Shown piece by piece: positions 26,089 to 38,605 of a stretch of 64,000 nucleotides of DNA; the stretch's first letter is position 1, and every line of letters begins with the position of its first letter. Under the pieces are notes generated by a model that ran no database searches, had not been told where the DNA came from, and saw nothing but the letters and a program-made list of their open reading frames with translations. Source of the DNA: Marsupella aquatica (taxonomy: Eukaryota; Plantae; Marchantiophyta); the NCBI GenBank assembly GCA_973895155.1, contig OZ316896.1, forward strand, positions 1,550,001 through 1,614,000, read 5' to 3'. The position numbers and the translations under genes were made by a program.

Positions 26089-27264
26089 TTAAGGTGCATC
26101 GTACTTTAGAGCAGCATCGCTTAAAATCTTGGTAACGTCCTCTGTTCCACTGAAAAACAAGCTGTGGTCGGCATCAATCTCGTATGCTTCACTGGGCGGA
26201 TTGAGTTTCACAATTATACGACCGCTTGCAGCACTAATTGCCCTGTCGTGCAGTGCATTCACATGAATCCTTGGGACAGTTCCGTAGTTCTCCTCTGTGG
26301 TAGCGATTGGTTCATAGAAAGGTATAAAATTCGGGAATTTTTTCAGACGGTGCAGAGCGAAGGAAAAATCCTGCACATGCGAGAATCCTAGTTTAGTGAA
26401 TAGTTCATGAGTTATCACCTTGAAGATTTCACAATGCTGCTAAAGACTGGAGCGTCTAAAAACAAGTGGTTCAAGAGCGTACGTACCTCATCAGAACATT
26501 TGTTGTAGAAAGTTTTTTTAATCCTTTCAAATGGGAATTCCATGGACGTAATTGGACCCCCTTCGACTTTGGAATGGAGGAGCAGCTCTGGGTTGTCAGT
26601 TTGAGGCATAAACTCTGGATCGGTAGCCTACAGCACAAGGGGTCGATTATTACCTAAGAATTAGCGTGAATCGCTCTCAAGTAGCATGTGTCTCTTTTCA
26701 CAATACCTTTTTTCAACAACGGATCAAAGCACCTGATCCCCTAACCAGTCATTTCAGCGTACGTCGACTTCGCATCATGGTCTGTCAACATGGCCATAGG
26801 AATGATAAACTTACCCCAAGTACAAGGTAATCAATTCCATTTTTAGGCATGTAAGCTGCAACATAGATTGCAACTGAGATCTTCTTTGCAAACAGCTCGG
26901 AGAAGAGTGCTGCAGTCATTTCTCCAAGACTGTGGCCCACTAGAATCACCTGCCAGCCAATCCCACCAATACATAAGAATTAGAAGTAAGAAAGCATGAC
27001 AACAAATGCGAACATCTACACAAATGATTCACCTCATTTTCATTTCCGTGCTCGCTCACCTTCTCATCCTCCGCTAGAGACTTGAAAACATACTCCAGTG
27101 GTCGACAGTATTCTTCCAAAGAAGTGTTGTCTCCCGCGCTAGCCAAGTCTACAGCTGTCACACGATGCCCTGCTTTCTCCAGAGCGGCGGCGATTTTAAT
27201 CCAACACCAAAGCACCATGACCGATTCCGTGTACAAGCACAAAGTGAGACTGCTTGAACCCCAT
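26089..27264 (-). pseudogene. Methylesterase (MES/SABP2-family alpha/beta hydrolase) copy 1, pseudogene
   Basis: Exons 27264-27060, 26949-26815, 26627-26487, 26370-26089. An extra T at ~27210 (GGT GCT TTG GTG vs GGT GCT TGG TGT in copies 2/3) leads to TAA within a few codons. There is also a 21-bp deletion (EVADDIT), and GHSLGE replaces GHSLGG. Confidence 0.88.
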
Positions 27265-27733
27265 CAATTCAATCGTAGTCTGAATTGGCTCTTTAACTTG
27301 TTGGTTACCTGTAAGAACAAACATTGTTTCTAGAAGACGTAAAAACCAGTTCTCGGTGTGTCAAAATGAAATCGCAGTTTGGAGTCGCAGGTAAATGATT
27401 TCCACAGAGTTTAAGGTGTGCAATTCTCCTATGCAGGCCCATCTACTCTACAGACATTCTTGTGGCTTTGAAATGCTCAGTAGTGGCCATGAGCCCCGAC
27501 ATACCATACTATTATTGAGATTCTTGCGATTTCTTTTCCTTACCTTTCTCTCGAGGTGGCCACTGCAAGGATGGTTGCTGAATCAGGGCAGCCAGAACCG
27601 GGACTGTCAATGAACTCACGCGGTAACCTGGATGTGTTTCGACCATAGTAAGAGAGTAAAGGCCGAGGCTAATCCAACTACAATGTTATAACATATGGAA
27701 AATTTATGTTTAGAGATTGCATCCACTCGCGCA

Positions 27734-27741
27734 TTTATATA
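27734..27741 (-). promoter_or_regulatory. Putative TATA box of MES copy 1
   Basis: TATATAAA on the minus strand upstream of a putative 5'UTR exon/intron; conserved at 34014-34021 in copy 2. Confidence 0.55.
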
Positions 27742-28660
27742 ACTAACGCGAGAAAAGCGGATCGCAATAAGCTCTCTGTCGAATGTATGTAGCTGACCGT
27801 GTCCTCAGTGTCCCGCACGAAACAACCTCGTTGCGAAGGAAGATTATATTGTACTTCAAATCGATCTCAAGCCCTACTAATTATATCAATGATTTAGTGA
27901 ATAGTTCAATGTGGTTACTCTGCGATCCACGAAGCATGACGCTCACCTTACCCAACTTAACCCTTCACGACGATCGGCGTCAGCCGTCAACCCTCAGAGA
28001 GAATTCGAACAGTGAATCCCCGAAGGAACATTCCTGCATTAGAGCAATCACCCCGCTGTTGTTCAGTCAGCACGTAAGGCGGCGCAGGTAAACAGAGTCT
28101 ACGCCATGCGCACAGTCATCCCTCGCTGACCGTCTCCTCTTACATGTAACTTATACAGACAGTCAGGTCAGTTACACTACGTCTAATAGGAGGGCAAGTC
28201 TTCGATTGCAGAACACTTTCCTCCGTAGCAAAAGAGGACCAAGTTATTTTTAAGGGCCACACATAGTAGAATGTACTTTTTACTTAGTACAAGTTGAACT
28301 CCCTTCGGGTATCCAATACATCCTTCTTCCCTTCCTGACCAGCTGAAGTTCACTGCGAATGCCTTGAAGAAGGTGCAGCCTTAGGGAAGGCCCGAAGGGC
28401 TATGAGTCCCAGGAGGAGCAACGCAGCTGAGGTTGTCTCTATGCTTCTTCGACATCCAGCCATGATAGGTTTGTGTACACGATCCCTTTCGTAGCTCCTC
28501 AATGCGTCCCCTTGGTGTAAATCGTGTGGTCCTGTACAGAGGGGAAAAATTCTAGATTCTGGCAGAGTTCTCATGATAATTCTGAACTGTTCACGAGGAT
28601 TCCTTCCACTGCTTGCTTCGACTGCCAACAACAAATGGTGAAACCTAATATCTCAACCTT

Positions 28661-28730
28661 GTGTTCTAACGCAGCATGGATCTCAAAGGAATCCTAGGCA
28701 GTCCGGAATCTTAATTTAGAGAAGCTTCGA
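28661..28730 (+). repeat. Dispersed repeat shared with the window end (63915-64000)
   Basis: GTGTTCTAACGCAGCATG..GATCTCAAAGGAATCCTAGGCAGT.CGGAAT.TTAAT is present at both sites. Confidence 0.85.
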
Positions 28731-30520
28731 GTTTTAAACTCAGTTGAGAAGCCACAAAATCCGGCCACGCATTGCAAGGTTGGATTCCATCAAAATTCAA
28801 TATAATATGATGACTTCCCAAGGATTTTCTGCATGTCTTTTCGCTTCTACCCCTTGGACGATGAACTCACCAACCGACCCCCGCAATCCAATAGAACCAG
28901 AGGTCCCGATCAGTCGCTGTAACATTTCGATGGAGGGAGGGTTTGATGCGGAAAGGCAATCGATTTCAATTTAAATGTCTAGGAAACAATGCGGTACGTA
29001 CCTGGGGGAGTACACAAAGTCTTCTGAAGAGTAGAAAGTCCAGCCGGAGAATCGAGGGAACAACAATCGACCCAGGACTAGCAGCAAGGTACTCTGCGAA
29101 ATTCAAAAGCAGAGCTCTGGGAGCCAGATACTACAAAGAGTGGATCAGCAGTACAAGGTCGTAACTGAGCTGTGCTACAGACGGTGGTGGGAAGTCCTCG
29201 AAAGCGAGGTTGTGCAGGCGGAGTCCGGTAAGAAATGTTCTCATCCAGAGCTTTCTTCCCGCTGGTCTCGAAGTGGTTAGGATTCGGCTCAATGGCGTCA
29301 TGATGCAGGTTTGGGTTATGAGAAAGGAAGACATTTCTGATGAGCCAGAGGTCGTCATCACCGGCCCCGGGTGCTCAGGTGGGGGCAGGCAGTGAGATGG
29401 CAGAGTTCTCGTCACATACGGTCTACTGGCCCCCCCTTGGGATTGGACGAGCGAACGGAATGCCGGTAATATGCCTCTGCGTATGCGAGTCCCGAAGAGA
29501 GTTGGATTTCACATCACCTCAGCCATTGCAGAACGCTACAGGTATCGTACGTACGTTCCTAACATCTCCGTCATAGACAAAATTTTGACAGGCTTTCCTG
29601 TCAAAGACATCATGGGGTTGTGTGAATTGTGAACCAGAGCTTTCTAACAGTTCAGAAATTAAGATCTCAATTTCGACTTGAACATTTGCTACAAGAGTAC
29701 TCCACAGTCTCTGTCATCGTCTTGTAGAATGTTTTAATTTATTCAGGAGATACTTTTCATGAAACAGTAAAAAACTCAGAACTAGTGCAAAGCCCATACC
29801 GCACAGTCTGGATTGATCGGATCAAATCCCACAGGGCAAGGAGGACAGGATTTACATCAATCAATCTCTTGTTTTCTCCCTCTTATTTGGTCTCCTGTCT
29901 TTGGGATCGTATCTTTCCAGAGGCGCCGTTTGTGATATATTTCGAGATTCTGCTAGTCTGGGTTCCGCTAATCTGGTTTCTTCTTTGAGATTCTGCTAAT
30001 CTGGTTTTGGGTTTTCTAGTAGTGGGCATATCTGTGGTATCTTTTCTTGGATGGGAATCGTAGTAGGTGCGATCACTTTTAAGTTCAGATTTTGGTCCTA
30101 TGAGATTGCGCACCATTATTTAATTAGCGGCGCCTGCTAGTCAACTGGGCATCATGTCCACCCCCCTCCATTGAAACCTGTTACCTGTAGGCGAAGAGAA
30201 TCCTACTGTAGTAGGTGGGATCACTGTTAAGTTATTAGTGACCGTCCTATTTGGTTTACTCCGAATTTTTTACCATGTTTTTCATTTTGTTGGCCTTATT
30301 GCTTTGTAGGACTTGCAAACTTATTTGGCTCTCTGGTCTTTTAGGGGTTTGTTCCTTGTCATCTTCGTTTTAGTGGGTTTTCTTACCTTTGGAATCCTGT
30401 CTCTTGGTTCGACTAATTTTGTTCTCTGGCAGCCATTTTGTTAAATTGTTTAACATGGATAGCAATGTTTAACCAGATCAGCCTGGCTGATTATTTCAAC
30501 AGATCCAGTCCAGAAAGCGT

Positions 30521-30974
30521 CAGGTTTTCACTGTCGGACATGACAAATGACAACTTGTCGGCTCAAAAATGTGTCATTTGTCAGATATTCCTCTATATTT
30601 GTCAGATATTCCTCTATATTCCCCAGCTGGGACCGATCTCCCGACCCGACCCCATGACCCGACCTCCCAAACCCCCAACCTCCCAAACCCCCGACCCCCC
30701 CGACTGACCACCCCCCCCCGGCCCCCCCCCCGACCGACCCCTTTTGACCCTACCCCCTCGACCCTGCCCAACCCGACCAACACCCCAACTCCCCCGACTG
30801 ACCCCCCAACCTGACCCGACCTCGACCGACCCCCGGATCCAACCCGACCAAGCCCCCCAGGCCGACCCAACCCTCACCTGACCCGACCCCTTTACCCGGC
30901 CGGGATCGATTGGGGCAACATCTGTCGGATGTCGGACCCCAATGCCCCTATTTGTCGGACAAGTCCAAACCCGG
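30521..30974. mobile_element. Non-autonomous Mutator-like element with C-rich interior
   Basis: 9-bp direct repeat AGAAAGCGT on both flanks (30512-20, 30975-83). Imperfect ~20-bp TIRs CAGGTTTTCACTGTCGGACA and (reverse complement) CGGGTTTGGACTTGTCCGACA. Confidence 0.7.
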
Positions 30975-31502
30975 AGAAAGCGTCTGCACCATGAGTTTCA
31001 CTCATAATGAGTGTATCCATCTTGGAAATCATTAGCCCCAGCGAGTCTGCTATAATGGAAACAACCATCACCAGCAAAACAATCTAATCTAAGCACTGTA
31101 GTACGTCTAGTTATATCTGTTGTTTACCAAATCCCATTATGGCTGGACGTTGCTCTAGCCCCTTGATTTTTTACAAACCATGAGATGGGCTCCAGGGGCC
31201 TAAAAGTGCCACTGTGCACATGCTCCCTGCCCAAGTGTCATGGGTAATTGTAATGTGAGACCAAACAGTAATTGTTTTTCTCGCACGAGCAAAAAAATTC
31301 TTGCATGATCCCTATTTTTCTATATCCAACTGTCTCGCTACCAACTACCTAGTTGGTAACATCCTTTTTGGGGACTCCCCTTTTTGCTAGGGAGCTCGCT
31401 AGTCATCTGGAGTCTTTTAAAAAACACAAAAAATATAAAAGGCACCAAAAAGCAAATGAAATTTGAAACCATTAGTTTCTGGCTAATAACATTCTCCTCC
31501 TA

Positions 31503-31775
31503 TCAAATTCTCCTGTTTCCTCACAACATAGAATACCTCAAGTGTTTCCTCACAACATAGAATACCTCAAATGTCATGTTTCCTGCCCGACTCCCTAAAG
31601 CTTGCATACTCCTTGAAATCTACAGTAGTTCTCAAATTCTCCTGTTTCCTCACAACATAGAATACCTCAACTGTCATGTTTGTTTCCTCACAACATAGAA
31701 TACCTCAACTGTCATGTTCCCTGCCTGACTCCCTAAAGCTTGCATACTCCTTGAAATCTACAGTAGTTCTCAAAG
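31503..31775. repeat. Nested tandem duplication (28-bp core x4 within two ~130-140-bp units)
   Basis: TGTTTCCTCACAACATAGAATACCTCAA at 31514, 31543, 31643 and 31681; the flanking GACTCCCTAAAGCTTGCATACTCCTTGAAATCTACAGTAGTTCTCAAA occurs twice. Confidence 0.9.
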
Positions 31776-32260
31776 GCTGTCTCCCTGTAGCGTCCGAGTA
31801 CCTAACCATCTGGGTATCCTCGTCTTGTCTTTCGGAAGACCTGTATGTTTAGGTGGTCATGAACTTTGGGTTCAACAATCGTTCTCGTAGTCCTTTTAAA
31901 TTCAGTTACCAAACTGTGGTCAAGTTAAGTTGAGTTCAAACATACGTGTCAACTACACGGACATGTCAGTCGAGTCTGCTGACAGTAGTTTGGGAGTCGG
32001 ATTCAATATGCAAACCTTCTTCAAAATCGAACAATAGATTATGGATCAATTAGTCAATTACACTCAGAAACTAAGAAAAGAGCATCTAGAGCTCCTCAAT
32101 AGAGTAAGATTGCGCCGACTTCTTGTTCTGTATTCTGTTGGGTAATTGCCTCTAGAAATTAATGCCAAAGAACCCAATGTAACATCGTCATTCACGGAGC
32201 TATATATGGGCTCGATGTGTGTTTGTGACAGAGTGGCACTAATTATCTCGAGGGTTCCAT

Positions 32261-33517
32261 CTAATCTTGAGGTGCATCGTACTTGACGGCAGCATCGCTT
32301 AAAATCTTGATAACATCCTCTGCTCCACTGAAAAACAAGCTGTGGTCGGCATCAATCTCGTAAGCTTCATCGGGCGGATTGAGTTTCACAATTATACGAC
32401 CGCTTGCTGTACTAATTACCTTGTCGTGCAGTGCATTCACATGAATCCTTGGGACAGTTCCGTAGTTTTCCTCTGTGGTAGCGATTGGTTGAAAGAAAGG
32501 TGTCAAACTCGGGAATTTCTTTATACGGGGCAGAGCGAAGGCAGAATCCTGCACAGCGAGAATCCCAGATTAGTGGATAGTTCATGAGGATAACCTAACT
32601 TGAAGATTTCCCAGTGCTAAAGACTGGAGCGTCTAAAACAAAAGGTTCAAGAGCGTATGTACCTCATCAGAACATTTGTTGTAGAAAGATTTCTTCAACC
32701 TTTCAACTGGGAATTCCATGGATGTAATTGGACCCCCGTCGACTTTGGAATAGAGGAGCACCTCTGAGTTGTCAGTTTGTGGCATGAACTCTGGATCGGT
32801 AGTCTGCCATTCGAAGACGCACAAGGGGACTATTACTAAATTAAAAAATAGCGGGAATCTCACATAGCAGGTGTGTCTTCCTTTTCACAATACCATTCTT
32901 CAACAACCGATCAAAGCACCTGATCCTTTTTTTTTCACCATACCATTCTTCAACAACGGATCAAAGCACCCGATCCCCTACCCAATCATGTCAACGTCGC
33001 CTCCAAATCCTTGTCTGTCAACATAGTAATGGGATTGATAAACTTACCCTAATTAGAATGTAATTAATTCCATTTTTAGGCATGAAAGCTGCAACGTAGA
33101 TTGCAACTGAGATTTTCTTTGAAAACAGCTCGGAGAAGAGTCCGACAACCATTCCTCCAAGACTGTGGCCCACTAGAATCACCTGCCAGTCAATCCCTCC
33201 AACAGATATGAATAAGAGGTAAGAAAGCATCACAACAAATGCAAACATAGACACAAATGCTCCGCCTCATTTGCATTTCCATAGTCGCTCACCTTCTCAT
33301 CCTCCGGTAAAGACTTGAAAAAGTCCTCTAGTGGTCGACTGTATTCTTCAATAGAAGTGATATCATCCGCGACTTCCGTGTTGTCTCCCGCGCTAGCCAA
33401 GTCTACAGCTGTCACTCGGTGACCTGCTTTCTCCAGAGCGGCGGCGATCTTAACCCAACACCAAGCACCATGACCGGCTCCGTGTACAAGCACAAAGTGA
33501 GATTGCTTGAACCCCAT
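32261..33517 (-). CDS. Methylesterase (MES/SABP2-family alpha/beta hydrolase) copy 2, 262 aa
   Basis: Exons 33517-33293, 33182-33048, 32803-32663, 32548-32261 (789 nt, all phase 0). Motifs HFVLVHGAGHGAWCW, GHSLGG (Ser), NYGTVPR, HDK (Asp) and DADHSLFFS (His). Confidence 0.92.
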
Positions 33518-34013
33518 CAATTTGATCGTGTCTGAATTGGTTGTTCAAGCGGGCCTGATTACCTGCAAGAACAGGCATAATGTCTATAAGACGTGAGCAA
33601 CAGTTCCCAGTGTGCATATCAAATTGATCGAAGTCGCAGCTTGGAGTCCCAACTTACGGAATGAATTCCAAAGAGTTAAGGGTGAGCAATTTTCCTATGC
33701 CTGCCCATCTACTCTACAGATACATTCTTGTGGCTTCAAAATGCTCAGTAGTGACCATTGAGCGCCGAAATCCTGAAAGTTTATTCAGATTCTCGAGATT
33801 TCGTTTGCTTACCTTTCGAATCCGTCGAAGTTGAATTGTGCCAATGCAAGGATGGTTGCTGAATCAGGGCAGCCAGTACCGGGACTGGCAATGAACTGAC
33901 GAGGTAACCTGGATGTGTTTCGAACACAGTAAGAGACTAAAGGCCGACGCCAATTCGGCTACAATCGTACACGATCTACAAAATTTCCGTTTCGGATCGC
34001 CTTCACTCGCGCA

Positions 34014-34021
34014 TTTATATA
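34014..34021 (-). promoter_or_regulatory. Putative TATA box of MES copy 2
   Basis: TATATAAA on the minus strand, at the position equivalent to copy 1. Confidence 0.55.
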
Positions 34022-34198
34022 GCTAACGGGAGAAAAGCGGATCGCACTAAGCTTACTGTTGAATGATGTAGCTGACCGCGTCCTCACTGTCCCGCACAAA
34101 ACAAGCTTGTTGCGAAGGAAGCTTCAACTGTACATCACTACTCTAAAGTATCGACAATTTAGTGAATAGCCTCACTGGTCTCACTGTTGATAGACTGC

Positions 34199-34258
34199 GC
34201 ATGGAAGTTACACTAGGTCTAAGAGGGGGGCATGGAAGCTACACTAGGTCTAAGGGGG
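34199..34258. repeat. ~31-bp tandem duplication followed by a G-run
   Basis: GCATGGAAG(T/C)TACACTAGGTCTAAG.GGGG x2. Confidence 0.85.
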
Positions 34259-34280
34259 GGAGGGGGGGGGGGGCAAGTGT

Positions 34281-34436
34281 GAGCTATTTGCTTGATGGAC
34301 CCTGATCCACCCCTTGAGGTCTATCAACGGTCCAGATCTGAGATCAAAAGGTCCATCAACAGTCCAGATTGGGGAAAAGTATCAAGGGTTGATTAAACAA
34401 ACTTTTTCCAGAAGGGGTCTACTAAGCATATCTCTC
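34281..34436. mobile_element. Mutator-like MITE (156 bp)
   Basis: Perfect 10-bp direct repeat GGGCAAGTGT at 34271-80 and 34437-46. Imperfect TIRs GAGCTATTTGCTTGATGGACCC and (reverse complement) GAGAGATATGCTTAGTAGACCC match at 16/22. Confidence 0.75.
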
Positions 34437-35454
34437 GGGCAAGTGTAGTGCTACACATCAAAAAATGACATATACATAGATCTCACTCCATATCATGATA
34501 AACCTAGTTATTTTTAGTAAATTAATGAGTGCAAGTAGTATATTACCACACATTTTGATGGGTGAATACAGACAGAGGAACATTTCTGCGTAGGAGCAAT
34601 CACCCCGCTGTTGTTCAGTCAGCACATAAGGCAGCAGAGGTGAACAGAGTCTAGGCCATGCGCACAGTCATTCCTTGCTGACAAATCCTCCTGTCAAAAG
34701 GTGCTATCCAAGGGGTATTTACGTCTTTTTAATTGCTCTGCCAAAGTCCATCAGCCAACTTTGCCAATCCATCCAAGTTTCACAGCTTCCATCCAACTTT
34801 GTCAATCCAGAATGAGACTGCTATATGGTGAATCCATCTTCCAGTTTTTTGTCTTATTCAAATTTCTTTTCTTGTGTATTTTAATTCAATGTGTCTTACC
34901 AAGGTGCATCCCTTGTATACTTTAGATTTTGAATTTAATCTGGCACCCCTCTAAATTTTTCAATCTTTGATATACTTTTGATGTCCACCTTTTAACAAAG
35001 CTCACAAAAGTTCTAGCCCTTAGTGAAGAAATGATCTAATTAAAGTGCACTCCTCATGTCTTTAAGTTCTACTCATGGTTTCGTATCCTAAATTTAGGTT
35101 TTAATTCATTTGAGTGTCATTACCTAAGATAAGTACATAAGTATCTTTATTGGTGTATAGTATGTGAAGAACCCAATACCATAGACTTAAATTTTTCCTG
35201 TTCATTATTACTTTTTTTTACATGTGTACTTTTATTCTTGTACCTTATCATGTGCACAACTTTTCAATGTCACGCTTCCTAATCAATGTCCTATTTATAT
35301 TTGCCACAAAAAATAGATCACCTGTATTTCACTAAAAAACTTAAACTTTTTGCTAGAGGACAAAATAATTTTTCATGTTCCAGGATGAGTATGCTATATC
35401 AGAGCTAACTTGCCCATCCATCTGAGATTAATTTGTTTCTATATTATACAACAA

Positions 35455-36523
35455 CTAGCCCGATGTCCATGCATTGCACTAAAGATCTTAAGGTGATAAA
35501 ATTAAAGATGTCGAGGTGATAAAAATATGTTAAGGTGATAAAAGATATAGAGGAGAGCAAAGATGTTGAGGAGCAAAAAAATGTTTAGGAGAGAAAAACA
35601 TGTCAAGGTGAAAAAAGATGTTGAGACAAATAAAAACATGTTGAGGTAAGAAAAGATATCGAGGTGAGAAAAGATGTTGAGGTGAGAAAAAATACCAAAA
35701 TGAGAAAAGATGTCAAGGTGAGAAAAAGATGTTGAAGTGATAAAAGATGTCAAGGTGATAAAAGATATCAAGGTGATAAAAAATATCGAGGAGAGAAAAA
35801 GATATTGAAGGGATAAACTTAGATGTCGAGTTGATTGCACAAAAGCTTTTAAGCAAGATAGCTTAGTTTTTAAAATCCATGTTTGATATATATAACCCAT
35901 TGCCCGTGCACTGCACAATTGTCATTACAGTCATTTTATTATTGCAACTATTTCATTGTTGCAATCAATTATCATTCATTTGTGACCATTTCATTATTGT
36001 GGCCATTTTATGTTTGGGGCCTTTGTGTCCTTGGTCAATAATAATGGTTATTGCAAAAAAGAAATTAGGATTTAGTGTTTAATATGTGAGTTGGAAGAAT
36101 TACTTCTTTGAGAGAATAGAAAAAATAAGAAATTTAGTTATCCCCTCAATCGCTTTTTTTCCACTTTCCTATAAATAAGGTCTTTTCAACTCAAAACTCT
36201 ATTTTGTTGTTCTTTTTCTATAAGTTTACTTTACTAGAATGGGGCAAAGATGCGTCCAAAAGTAACGTGGGATCAATCAATTTCCAATCACCTTGATATT
36301 ATAATAGTTTTATGGATTTTATTGCCATAGTCTAGGTGTGGGTAGAAGTGCATCTGTGCCCCAAACTAGGACATTGTTTTTATTGTTCCTTTCACCAGAT
36401 CTCATGGACAGGAATATTTAGGTTTTAAATCCAAGAGTCATAATGAGTTCCCTCCAAAAGTGCATTTTGTAAGCCAACCATAAGGTAAAAAGGCCGGATT
36501 GTAAATTATAGTGAGTAGATAGA
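35455..36523 (-). mobile_element. Non-autonomous Helitron (minus strand)
   Basis: Minus-strand 5' end A|TCTATCTACTCACTATAATTTACAATCCGGCC resembles the 22062 element's start. 3' end GTGCAATGCAT..GGGCTAG|T. A ~20-bp minisatellite (35503-35830) is related to the other Helitron's array. Confidence 0.7.
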
Positions 36524-37130
36524 TATTGGATGGGCAGGCTCAACAATTAAGTTTATTCCAAGGGGGTCTAAAAGAGTGGCAAGATGTTTTTGCTCCAATT
36601 TGTGACATAGACTATTCTTACATTATTTCCTAGGAATGTGGTTTCTCCCACAAATCTTTCTTTATAATTTTTTCCCTTTGATAGTGAAGCAGTGATACAA
36701 AATCCAGTAAGATAAAGACAGCTCCAATGGTGTCTATCCAGGGCACATGTTTTCAGCAGGTGGACCATAAAAATTTATAATAAGATGTTGCACCCTTTTT
36801 GAAGTGGCCGTCATTCAAATATGCAGGGTTGTTTTGGGTGGAAAAGGGTAGAAATTGAAAGGAATAGTGGCAAAAAATCCGCATAGAAAAGGGATACCGT
36901 GTCTCCCCTCTGCCCTGCATCTCTCCCTCCCCGCACCGACAACCCTCCTCAACCCTCCCTCCTCCCCTCCCCTCAGCCGCGACCCGCTGCACCCCACCCT
37001 CCCGTAATTCTTGTCAGGAAGAAAGGTTACCGGTGTGTAACCTTTTCTACTAGGTGGTGCCATTTCCATAACCCTGTGCCAGAAAGTCTTGCCTGGTAAT
37101 CTTTTTTTCAGGCAGGTATTACATATATTA

Positions 37131-37264
37131 GACTGATTGGGCTGGGGTTACTATCTGAAACCTATTCCCACAAAGCTCTGAAAATCTTTCTGGCTGCCGT
37201 CGCTCAGCATTTTCTCACTTTCTGGTCATAGGGTTATAGACTAGTAACCCCGGACTAATCCGTC
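37131..37264. repeat. ~35-bp imperfect inverted repeat (MITE-like foldback)
   Basis: GACTGATTGGGCTGGGGTTACTATCTGAAACCTAT versus the reverse complement GACGGATTAGTCCGGGGTTACTAGTCTATAACCCTAT. Confidence 0.65.
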
Positions 37265-38199
37265 ATTACCCTATACCTTACCCTATACTTCAGCCACGAC
37301 CCAGCCCCAGCCCAACTCCCCTCCGGCGCGACCCCACTGGCCTGACCCCAACCTAACCCAACTCTTGTGGCCGCTGACCTTAAACTTTTTGACAATAAGC
37401 ATGTCGCCTTCTTTGTATTTTGTTCAAAAGAGCAACATACGGGCTTGGTGGCCTTCATTTTGAACAATCAGACCACTGCACCAATTTTTCTCCTTGATGG
37501 CAATGGTCATGCCTCCAGCCGCTAATTTGGCTTGGGTTTTGGTGCCAATTCCCCCCCTGAATAGTGCAAAAGACAGCTGGATCGGCACTAAATCAACTCG
37601 CTCGGCTCTTTTTGTCTCTTGTCTAGAACAATGCTGCCAACGGGGCTGCCAACTTGGCCCTTGGTGTTGGTCCCCGCTGCTATGGTGATTCTTGGCTCTT
37701 CTGGACGGAATGCCTTTGTTGCCTAGAGTCAGTGGACTATAATGATTATGGTGACCTTCAGTTACTTTTCACTGGGGAGCATGGTACAGGACTTTGGGGA
37801 TTTCAAAAATCAAAAACTATAACACAACGTTGCGCCAAATTATAGAATGGTTATCATTCTAATATCCAGGGGAATTTTGGGTGAAAACAATAAAAATATG
37901 AAACAAAACAAAGAATTGTTCACAATAAAAAAAACCTCAAAAATTTGCAGTCCCTTGGATGCAGGCCATGGCAACCAAGCACTGATCGAGCCCTGACCGC
38001 CTCCCGATTTGTCTCCCACCTTGCCCTGACCTCCCTCGGCCCAACTCCTATCCTCCCTCCTTCCCTCACTCACCAGAGCCCTCACCCAACTCTGTCGCCA
38101 CTTTTGCCCCGTGCTTCACACTGACAACCATGACAACCTTGTCCCTCCAACTTCCCGCCTCCCTCCCCTTTATCTTTTGCCCCAACTCTCGGTAGACTT

Positions 38200-38470
38200 A
38201 TCAACATAATTTACGCAACAACATCTATTTACCTAAAACATCTTTCAACTTAACAACACTTTTCTACTTATTAAACAACATCATTAACATAACTACATAT
38301 TTTTTCCTAGCAACATCTGTGGCGCCACAACATCTTTCTACTAAACTACATCTTTGACACAACAACATATTTTTAACTGACAACATCTTAGATGCCACTA
38401 CATCTTTTTACTTACAAGACATCCTTTATACAACAATTTTTTGTTGTGAAACTCACCCGGATTGAGCTAG
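38200..38470 (+). mobile_element. Helitron 3'-end fragment (5' boundary not located)
   Basis: Degenerate ACAACATCTTT array ending ATTGAGCTAG|T, the same terminus as at 23768; the hairpin is degenerate. Confidence 0.55.
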
Positions 38471-38494
38471 TTCATTCATAATTCATAATACTGC

Positions 38495-38605
38495 AGTCTA
38501 TTCAAACCTCCAATTGAATCCAGCAAAAGATTAGAGAAACTAATAAAAAAGTCTATTCAAACCTCCAATTGAATCCAGCAAAAGATTAGAGAAACTAATA
38601 AAAAA
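38495..38605. repeat. 55-bp perfect tandem duplication
   Basis: AGTCTATTCAAACCTCCAATTGAATCCAGCAAAAGATTAGAGAAACTAATAAAAA x2. Confidence 0.93.

Noticed and set aside
30569-30877. Pro-rich and Gly-rich ORFs
   Set aside because: Arise from the C-rich low-complexity interior of a non-autonomous TE.
31514-31708. Four identical 28-bp repeats resembling a CRISPR array
   Set aside because: Spacers are 1, 72 and 10 bp and are themselves duplicated; there are no cas genes and the context is eukaryotic.
32890-32980. Possible extra MES exon (GIGCFDPLLKN) conserved in intron 2 of all copies
   Set aside because: Its best donor is phase 1 while flanking exons need phase 0. Direct splicing already gives the normal MES length, and recent duplication explains the conservation.
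35502-35918. 138-aa hydrophobic repeat ORF
   Set aside because: Translation of the ~20-bp Helitron minisatellite.
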